Shown here piece after piece: positions 1 to 9,157 of a stretch of DNA of 20,000 nt. A model generated the notes under the pieces. The model did not search any database and had not been told where the DNA came from. It saw only the letters and a list, made by a program, of their open reading frames with translations. The DNA is from Perkinsus olseni (lineage: Eukaryota): assembly GCA_013115125.1 (NCBI GenBank), contig JABANN010000093.1:55730-75729 (forward strand). The letters are read 5' to 3'. A program made the position numbers and the translations under genes. How positions within the stretch are numbered: the stretch's first letter is position 1; every line of letters starts with the position of its first letter.

Positions 1-363
1 GCTTAGCTCAGTAGGAAAGAACAATACACTGGAATGCTCGAACCCGCTACCGGACAGTTCTTCAAGTCTTTGGTGAAATTAAAGGACATGCATCTCTTCG
101 ACTCAATAATGTTGGAAGATCCAGGAGGCAGCGCATGGGAATGAATTCGTGGTTGACTGCAGCTCCGACTGAGGTGATCCCAAGGTGCTGCTCGACGGGC
201 AGGTAAAGACTATCACTCATTCTGTCCTCTCTCGCTCAAGACGCAGCAAGACTGCCTCAGCAGATACCGATGGTACGGAAGACTCTCTTACGGAAGTAGC
301 CCCCCGCTGAGTGGCCTCCCTCAGGAGGATGGCGAAGTTGAGTACAACCAACCCTGTAGGGCT

Positions 364-2051
364 CTAATCATCTCCGGTCGAAGTCCTGTAGATATCGGAC
401 TTAGCTGCCCCTCCCTTCACCTGGCTCATCTCCTCCTTCACCCCCTCCGCCTCCTCCCGAGCAGCCTTTACTTCATTCTCGTACTTCTTATGCAGCCCTT
501 GGCTTGCCTCCAGCTCCTGCTCCACTGCCCTTATCCGATCCAGCATCTCCCTCGTTCGCCTAGGGCAGCGCCATTGCGGAGAATAACAACCACCGCAAGG
601 ACCTACCGCGCTTCGACCGACTTCAGCTCGTCTATCTCCCTGCCTTTCACCTCCTCCAAAGCAGCCAACTTTTCCTTCAACTCGCCCACTTGCTTCTGCA
701 GCTGCCAGCAAGAGTACCGCAAGCTGCCACGGTCGGACCTCCTCACCAGCTCCTTCTCTGTCGTCTGCTCCTTCCCTTCGCGAGTCAGGTTCTCAATAAC
801 GATCTCCATGGCCACCATCCTGTCTCGGTGCCTGACTCCGCCCTGCCCTCCATCAACAGCACCAGTCCCTTACTTGTCGACATCGGCCTTCCGGCCCTCC
901 CCTTCTGCAACCGCCTCCTCCAGCTTCTCACACTCCGCTGTCAACTCGGCAATTCTCTTCGTGGATGCATGCCTTAAGTCCGCGAGCTTCAGAGAGACAC
1001 GAAATTCAGCAACTCGTGAGGGCCCCTTTCTCACAGCCTGGGCCTGCTGCGATCGCTCCTTTGCTGCTCCCTGCTTCACGGCAGCTAGCTGAGAATAGAA
1101 CCAGGATCGTGCACTCATTCTTCTGTTCTATTCTGTAGATGCACAGACGAATTAGCGATAGCGAACTCTTCCGGCATACGAGAAGAGGTACTGTATGATC
1201 TCATCATAACGAATCCTGAGTCCGCAGAGTAGCACTTACTTCAAGCATGGCCTTCTCATGGACCCCCTCAGCGTCCCGAGCCTGCTTTCGACTCTCCTCA
1301 AGTTCAGCAGCCACCAGAGAGAGTCGGCGTAGTAATCGATCAATCCTTTTGTCCCTGCAAGGCAGTGGCTACCGAGGACCGCCGTCCAAGCTCGAGGGTA
1401 CTTCTCATCGTCGGACATCCTCTTGCCCTTGTACTCCCTTAGTTGCCCCTTCAACTGCCTCACCATCGATTCCGCCTTCCCTCTCCTCTCCTGCTCCACT
1501 GCAAGCTGCTTCCGAAGGTCCATGCACTCGTTGGCTTGGGCCTGCTGCCGACGACGTTTCTCCACCTTTCGAATACCGTCATAATCACCTTCAAATTCTC
1601 TTTGTCAACTCCTGCGTCGCTCCGCCTCCTACCACCACCCCGTTTTCTACCACTACTATCCCCCAGTAGTGAGCTCGTCGATGCACAGCCAGAAACAGCA
1701 ACGCTGCTGTTCACAGACAGGCAGCAGCTGACTTCATCATCATCATCCTCAGCGCGGCCCTGCGACCCTATCGACAGCGTCCGACTCCGCAGTGGAAGGT
1801 AGGCAGCTGGGGAAGCCAACTGGAGGAAAGGAGGACGTATCAGTGGACTTGCCCAGGCACTCTACCATCGACTCCCCCTCAGAAGAGGATACTGATGACC
1901 GCCTTCGACTGTTCGATCGACTCAGTCGTTTGTAGCTGCTAGGCGGTGGAGGGAAGGCACTTGGACGAGGTATTCTCGTCAACGGCGAGCAGAGCTCTTC
2001 TAGTGGGGGAGGGGACCCCTCGGCTGGAGGCAAGGGGTGGGCTGCTGCCAT
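364..2051 (-). CDS. Multi-exon coiled-coil hypothetical protein (3' end uncertain; may continue below 364)
   Basis: ATG at 2051 (MAAAHPLPP). GT-AG introns such as 1820-1865 (46 nt) and ~560-606 join the frame-shifted ORFs. Exons encode E/K/Q/L-rich heptads (ECMDLRKQLAVEQERR, QLQKQVGELKEKLAALEE, RIRAVEQELEASQ). Confidence 0.65.
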
Positions 2052-2180
2052 CAAGACTTCTACCCCGTCACCGTTACCGCGCCCCTTAATTCACCACTAC
2101 AACGACAACAACAAGGCGTGAAATGGCAACTTCGACACGAGCATGCTGGACAGCTTCATGTATAATAATAGTACACCGGG

Positions 2181-4348
2181 CTACCATTGGGTAGCAGCAG
2201 CGGCAGCGATGCAGGTCGGGTCCTCGGTCAGGTACCTAGAGCGTTGATGATAACAACGGAGGCGACTGAAGGGCAGCCACTGACCATGGTTTGATAACTT
2301 GAAGGAACTGGAAGACCTTCTTGGCGACTTGGGAGTTGTCAGGATTCTTATCAGGATGCCACTTCACAGTGAGCTGCTTGAACGCTGTCTTCCTCGCAGC
2401 GACCTCTTCCCCAGCAAACAGGGACGCCTGCATGTCCCGCACGACCTCCACCTTGATCTCATACGCCACTCTACTAGACCAGTCATCACCCTCTAGCGGC
2501 TCTGTGAGATGCTCTGACACTGACAAGGAGGGGACGCTCATTCAATCGCAAAATCGTCGCTGTCTAGTACCTATATCCTGAGGGGGCGGAAATACCGTGC
2601 TCGGGGTTCGAACCAGGGACCTTTTCTGTTGATGGGTAAAAGGCATGCTACCAGGTGGTATGACCGGATACCCTCTATGATAGTGCTCTCGTTGGGCCAT
2701 CAAAAACTCTGCCTGCCTCTGCTTCATGTATTCTTCCCATTGACGATAGTACTCCCTCTGAGCCGCCGCGTAGGTCGCCCATGGATCCCCTGCCTCCTGC
2801 TGCTGCTGCTGCCGATGGTCGGCAGGCAGCCTCTCCTCCTCACTATTATCGTAGTAGTTATCCGCAAACCCCTCCTCCTTTAACTCATCCCTTTGCTGCC
2901 CTACCTGTCCTACTACTACTCTCTCTCTAATAGTGACAGTGGCCCTGTTAGCCTCGCCCCTCCTATACCCACCACCCTCTCTCTTACCCGTACCCCAGCT
3001 CTTCAGAAGACCCAAGTCGGGCATTCCAGCGGGGACGTCGCTGCTACCATCCCCTACGTGAAGGGGGCCTTGCTCTACTTCCAGACTGGGAGTACCCTTG
3101 CCCAGTGACGTGCCCAGGACGTGCCTAGCTTCCCCAGGGTGCGCAGAAGGATACCCTATACTACTGGCGACCTCCTCCTCCACCACAGCGACATCATCGC
3201 TCTCATCCCCCGCTCCCTGCTTCTCCCCCTCAAACTCTGAGTCAGGCTCCACGGGTATCGAGGGGGGCAGCGGCGGTAGACTGGGGTGCCAATAGGGTTG
3301 ATATCCTATCGATTCTCTCATTCTCTCCGGCGGAGCGACGCAGTTCTCCTCTACGCTGCTTTTCCCATCCTCCTCTTGCTCCTGCCTACTCTCCTCCTCC
3401 AGCGCAGCAATGAGGCCCTCCTGCGCTGATGCTGCTCTGTCCATCGCTTGCTTCGTACCGGCCATCCGCTTGCTCAGCTCGGCTGATGCCTGACACGGCG
3501 GCCGCTACAACTACCAGCAGCAGCAGCAGTGGCACAGGTCTCCCTCTCACCTCGTCCATATCCCGTAACAATGCCCTAGCCGCTGCCTTGATGGCCCCTG
3601 GAAGCAGACAGAGGTCCGATGGCTCCACCCAGACTCTCTGTCCCCTCTCCCCCAGTACGACCACCCAACACCTCCCCTCAGTCGCATCGCTCTGCTCAAC
3701 TTCACACAACGCAAAGTCCTTCCCTCCCAAGGAGAGGATGCCGCATAGATCACCCACAGGAGGCGGGGCGACGCACCTGGAGAGCTCCATAGCGGAACAG
3801 CCAGCCAACAGCTCCGTCCATCTGCCCTCGAGACCCTCCACTACTACCCTCGCCCCACGCTTGGCCTCTCGTGCCTTCACTACCCCCATTGCACAGTCCA
3901 TCAGCTGGCGCTGTAGTAGCGTATCAGCCCGGGCACTCGAACTCGCCTCCAACACTGTCGAGTCCCCGATAGGGAGCGGCGCGTCTCTGCGATCTCTAGC
4001 CTCCTGTGGCCCATCCTCGGGCGCGTCACCACTGGCCGGCCGGGCCCGAACCTCAGTCGAGTGACGAGTACCGTTGGAAGGCCTCCCTCTTCTCCGGTAA
4101 CTCTTCGTCCGCCCCTCCTCCTCCTCTTCACTACCACCATCCACTGTCCCAATACTATTACCTTGCGGCAGCAGCAGCAGCCTAGCCATCCTGAACTTCA
4201 CTCTCTCCACAAAGCCCCTCACCCCAGCCCCTGTGATGTAGTACTTGGGAGCCCTATTCCTATACCACCGCACGCACCTATAGGAGCAGATCCCCACCAC
4301 CATTAACGCCCCTATGGACGCGATGACCACTAGCAACGCATACGACAT
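2181..4348 (-). CDS. Membrane-anchored protein with a C-terminal J (DnaJ) domain
   Basis: Hydrophobic N-terminus MSYALLVVIASIGALMVVGIC followed by basic residues. Late exon reads ARKTAFKQLTVKWHPDKNPDNSQVAKKVFQFLQ (HPD motif). A final intron leads to WYLTEDPTCIAAAAATQW-stop at 2181. Confidence 0.75.
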
Positions 4349-4665
4349 CCTCCCATATTGCAAAGGGGCCGACACACAGCTACGAAAGGGAGTGACTCGT
4401 CGAGAGCAACTCAACACTGACAGCAGGTAAGGCAGACAACAAGGTGGGTAAAGGGTGGTGATGATAATGACCAAGTCATGACGATTATGAATTACTACCA
4501 TACTACAAAACCTCATACAGCAGCCGTGGAAGGGCGTCCTGCAGCACAAAGATCGAGGGCACGCAGCCACAGCTGACCACCTACTCCCGGGCTGCCGACG
4601 TCCACTGCTGGTCGAAGCCTTCTGAGTGCTCGGTCGCTGAGGTTTGACCTCTCCGCGCAATATCC

Positions 4666-5811
4666 TCACCATCGACGGTATTCTGAGAGGAGGTAGTCAC
4701 GGCAGCCCGACCGAGACCCGTCTACCTCCCCGAGAGTATTTTCCCCCGATGGAGGTTCTCCGTATTGATGTAATCCCTGACCCTATTGGGCACGGCATTC
4801 CCTTGCACCCTGCTGCTGTTATCCTCAGCATAGCTGCCATGCTCCAACAACACTCTACAGCTCTCCCGAGCGTCCATTGCAATCGCCGAGTCAGCCCCCG
4901 ATCCGGGCGGATAGTCCTCACTGAGGAGACCAACCTCAACACGCCACCAACAGCAGAGCCCTCACCTGTATCTTGTCCGAGCGTCGAAGTGGAAGCCCAT
5001 GGTACTGGTAGTGGGCTTCGGTATCGGGGGCTTGCACCTCTCCCCGACGCACTCAATACCTCCTGAGTTCCTCTGCCAGTCAGGATAGAACTCGTGAGAG
5101 GCCGGCTGCTTGTACCTGCACGAATCACCCTACAATGCTGTGCAATAGTGCAGCGAGGTTACAGGAGGTAAAGTTCCCCATCAACATGGGTCTGGACGGC
5201 AGGCCTCAGCATGGCCTCCTTCCGAGCTCCAGGGTACACCACGTAGTCGTCCGAATATCGACTCCGGCCCTTCTGCTGAGGACTAGGGCCATTGGCCGGA
5301 CCTACACAGCTCGATAGGTGATAGTAGGTAAAGGGGGACTCCGCCCTTACTCGAGGCAGGCCGGAAGGTCTTTGCCAACTCCCTGTTGATGACCGCACCT
5401 TGCAGGGGCAGTGGTTGGTACTGTTCCATATACGCGGACATCTCCCGCGGCCAGAACGGCGCCCTGTTGGGCTTGAACTCCCCTGAGCGATGGTCAGAGC
5501 CACAGGATCAGACCCAACAGCACTTACCTCGCCGGGCCATGTCCTCATCGATCTTGTGAATGCAGGACATACTCTGGCTGCTGCTGCTCGCGCCACTGGA
5601 AGACTTACCCACCACCACGGACTTGTCCACGAAAGTCTCCTTAGTAGTGGTACTGTAGAAAAGCTTACGTACATCTTCAGGGGAGAAGGAACTTTGTATC
5701 TGCACGATAATACCTCAGCCGGGAATCGAACCCGGGACCTATCAGTGTCACCTGTGGTGTAAAGCCCTGGGATGCCATCAGCTTCTTCTTAGCATCGTGT
5801 ACAGCCGGCAT
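4666..5811 (-). CDS. SAXO/STOP-like microtubule-inner-protein-type repeat protein (3' end uncertain)
   Basis: ATG at 5811 (MPAVHDAKKKLMASQGFTPQ|IQSSF). Spliced product has repeated Mn-like motifs STTTKETF, SAYMEQYQP, SRYSDDYVVYP and FDARTRYSEDYPP. Family assignment is by motif resemblance only. Confidence 0.5.
5711..5748 (-). pseudogene. tRNA 3' half fragment (Val-like) inside a 52-nt spliceosomal intron (5700-5751)
   Basis: Minus strand ACACTGATAGGTC-CCGGG-TTCGATT-CCCGG-CTGAGGT-A: perfect T-stem/TPsiC loop, variable loop ending GGTC, 7-nt acceptor 3' strand and discriminator A. No 5' half or D-arm seen nearby. The Val call rests only on the (G)ACAC at the break. Confidence 0.75.
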
Positions 5812-6096
5812 GACTATCAAAGGCCCAATGAACTAATCAACCCCTCAACTCCGATTCACAACACAACGTCCCTCCAGATAACATTCAAGGCCATTCTGAG
5901 AGGCGACCACCTGTCGCCGGGCGGGCATGTTGGCATGAATTCCTCCATAGAGGGCGGAGAGCTGCACAAAGAGACTTCCTGCCGATTCGGCAATGGCTTC
6001 GTTATGGAAGAAGAACAAGAGAAGGGAAAATGCCAAGGTCGGCCCGCTGCCATGAATTTGACAGGCATGAACAGCCGAGTATATGGTACAGTGGGG

Positions 6097-7718
6097 TCAG
6101 GTAGACGGCGGGTGGGGTACCAGGCACGACACTATAACCGTGATGTCATCAATGACAACACCTCCACCTTGATCGAGCCACCTCCGACAGGCCCTCTTCG
6201 CCAGGACATCAGCAGCCGTCTGGGCCTGCCTACTACTAGTGAGGATAGTACTCACTATACCAACAGCCTCCTGTGTCGAGATGAACTCCCATACACCATC
6301 ACTACAGACAAGAAGGAAGGGATCCCCGGGCCGCCACTCTGAACTAGTGGACATTGAGGAAGACGAGGAACTATCTCTCTCAGGATCTCTCAATACAGCC
6401 TTCCTCCTAGTGTCCGGTATTGGGACGACCCCCGCCCTGTAGTAGGCTATTAGATCCCCCATCGCTCGGGACATGTTTAAACCAGGGTAGCTTTGACCCT
6501 TCACGTACACTCTATAGCTACAATGGCCGTCGAAGCCGACCTGAAGGGGGGCAGCAGCCACAGCACCCCCACCACCATGGATGGACCCCCGGCACTACCC
6601 TTCCGCCAGATTTCTCGATCCTCGCCTTCTCCTCTGGCCTGTCCGGGCGGTGGTCGGTGGTCATCTCCACGCCCTTTGGGGTAGAAGGCAAGGCTAGGAC
6701 TGCCCTCGAGTCCCCAACCCATGCTGCTGTGACGGTGTCCGTCTTGTGACTATGCAGGAGACGGCATCTCCGAGGGATGGACGATGAGGGCGATTAGGGC
6801 TCACCAGTGGATGCATAAGGTGGCTGTACTCCCACTGCAGGCCGCGTCTACTTCACCGGACTTTGTTGCGGCCTAACACTTTCATACCACACCAATCGCA
6901 ACTCATTATTACCTCTAAGCGCTGCTGTACCGCAGGAAACCATGCCCTCAATGCCCTGTCAAGCCCTCGTTCCTCACTAATGGCATCCTTAGGTTCGTTA
7001 AGAATCAACTAAGCAAGAGAAGTCCAGTGCAGCACAGTGGTTCTATCCCTCACTTTCACCAAGCTCTCCTTGACGAAATTGGAGACATCATGCCCGTGCA
7101 GACCATGACCGTCAAAAACCCCGTAGACTGTGAAGCTATCATCAACATTCATAATCAGAAAGGAATCCTGAGGTTGATTATGGTCAATCTCGAGTAGCTC
7201 CCGCCGATCGCCATTACCTGATTCGGGCTGTCGGGCTTCAACCCCTTCTTGCAGGCATAACCGATCCCACTGTCCCTCAGCGTCCTCTCCGGTACCCCAC
7301 CCAGCAGTAGAATATCCTTATCCTTATAAGTCTCCCTATGATGGAGATCAGAATCAGTAGTAGAGGCAATAGACCATCGCCGCCCCCGTGCAGCATCATC
7401 TAGTGAGTGGGAGCCCTTTGACATTCCCGTGGCCACGATGTCGTCAACTCCCACTGCCTCCACCCCTCGTGAGCAGGAAGAAGACGACCGCGAAGAAAGG
7501 ATAGATCGTATTTTGGAGGGCCTACAGAGGGGGTAGTGCTTATCAAGGCTCATCCCTAGAACCCTTTACTTTTTGTCCTCCCCTACTGCCCCCGGTTCCG
7601 TTATGGAAAGCCTCCTCCGTCGAGCCGCGTCCGAGGAGGTCAGACTAGGCCTGCGTATTTTCCGCAGGATGGAGGTACTCGAGGACGATGAGGAAGCCGT
7701 GGAAGGTCCGCAACCCAT
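6097..7718 (-). CDS. PPM/PP2C-family protein phosphatase with N-terminal MGC acylation motif
   Basis: Spliced motifs KKGLKPDSPNQ|DSF, YGVFDGHG, SGSTAT, AWVGDSRAV, TTDHRP, GLNMSRAMGD, LLVCSDGVWEF and DDITVIV. Starts MGCGPST at 7718. Confidence 0.93.
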
Positions 7719-7883
7719 AGTAAAATCACTCCAAAGGTTCGCTGCCTCTGATCTGCGTCGTATTGCGCAGACCGTGAGAGTTTTAGCACAGGGAAAAACG
7801 TCTTTTTCGGACAGGATCACGCAGAGATAATCGTCCTGGATTTACCATCGTTTACTACGAGATCTTGGCAGTTTTTAGTGGCG
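7719..7883. promoter_or_regulatory. Short divergent (head-to-head) intergenic region, candidate bidirectional promoter
   Basis: 165 nt between the PP2C ATG (minus, 7718) and the plus-strand ATG at 7884. Inferred from position only. Confidence 0.4.
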
Positions 7884-9066
7884 ATGGCTTCCTCAGTGGC
7901 AGAGGGTCCACCCTCATCATCATGCGCCGTTGGAAGTGTGAGTAAGAAGATAGCCTCCCCTCCACCCCTGGACGATGACGATGATGACGACGAGTTCTCC
8001 CGACTCCTCAACGCTCACAAGAAGGCCCGGGACGACGGCGGAGGGGCATCCCGGATTGATAAGGTAATTCTCACGACGCCTTACTGAGGGGTTGTAGTCG
8101 GTCTTAGACTCCTCCCGTCACCACCGAAAGTGGCAGTCAAAAGCCTTCGGTAAAGCGACAGAAGGTGGTGGACTATGGGGACCTCGACGGTGCTGGGGCG
8201 CGGCGGTACTACACAGATCTGCTGGGATCCTCTTTCAAACGGTATGCGTAGATACACCTCGGCCAACCCTAGACGTAGAGGGGGAAGGGTTCCACCAACA
8301 ACTCCGGGAGAGCACACTACCATGGGTATCTTGAGGTTGATTCTTGTCAGTGATAAAAAAGTTGAATCTTTGGTCAGGTCTGGTGCCACCTCGACCGCTG
8401 CGGTTCCCCTTTCCGCCTTATTGCGGCCCTCTAGCGAAACTAGTAGTACCATATTTCGCCCAAATCGTCTACAGTCTACCCCTCGCTGCCGCAGGTGTCT
8501 AGCGGTCCACCGCCGCCCCTGCCAACCGACGAGAAGTCCTTGATGGTGAAAGAGTTAATGGACCGAGTCCAGTTCCTTACCGCTGAGAACGAACGTTTGA
8601 CATGGATCGTACTAGTCCTGCTATGCCCTCTCAAGCGGTACTGGTCTGGTAATAGGTATCGGACCAACAGCGCCTCCTCCGGGAGGGTGGTCAAGCGATG
8701 CTGCCACCATTCGGGGCACCGCCTCCCCTCCCACAGCCTCCAACGGCCAATCGAGAAATGAAGAACCCATCGACTGATGAAGGTAATAACCTCAATGAAG
8801 AGTCGAGCAAAGTGCCCAATCTACCAGCCTCCCCCTCTCCTCCTGCTGCTGCTGAGACGCCAGTACTGCCTCCCTGGAGGTCGAAAAAGGCGGCTACTCC
8901 TACCGGGCCTGCACCACCGATCACTGAAGAAGACGTACCGATGCCTGGTACACCGCCAGAAGAGGGTAAAGGACAGCCGTCTAATGATGAGAAGGGGGAT
9001 GGTGTCGGAAATAATAGTGTTACTGGTGAAGGGACCGCTCCCCCTGATCAGACTGCTGCGGCTTGA
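7884..9066 (+). CDS. Multi-exon low-complexity, Pro-rich hypothetical protein
   Basis: ATG 7884 MASSVAEGPP...DDDDDDDEFSRLL, donor AAG|gtaatt at ~8064, short coiled segment MVKELMDRVQFLTAENERL, and Pro-rich last exon ending TAAA-TGA at 9066. Confidence 0.6.
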
Positions 9067-9157
9067 CGACATCAATTATCATTACCACTGCTATACACTT
9101 GCCCCTACAGGACCGGTTGTACTATACCATTTTCTACCATCGCGAAACTTGTGAGAG

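Noticed and set aside
490-1092. 200-aa plus-strand ORF (likewise 3429-4064, 12422-13048 and 18297-19254 on plus; 10067-10351 and 11005-11442 on minus)
   Set aside because: Antisense shadows of recognisable spliced genes on the opposite strand, with no motifs of their own.
1566-1588. Apparent 23-nt ultra-short intron
   Set aside because: Same-frame CAG acceptors 21-24 nt further on give a normal 44-47 nt intron.
3386-4672. 428-aa ORF bridging the SAXO-like and J-domain genes (possible fusion)
   Set aside because: The first ~108 codons run through spacer/intron-like sequence, and a clean signal-anchor start exists at 4348. An open frame by chance in GC-rich DNA is more likely, though fusion cannot be excluded without cDNA.
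5690-5800. Complete or permuted tRNA gene
   Set aside because: No D-arm/A-box or complementary acceptor 5' strand in tRNA context on either side; only the 3' half is present.
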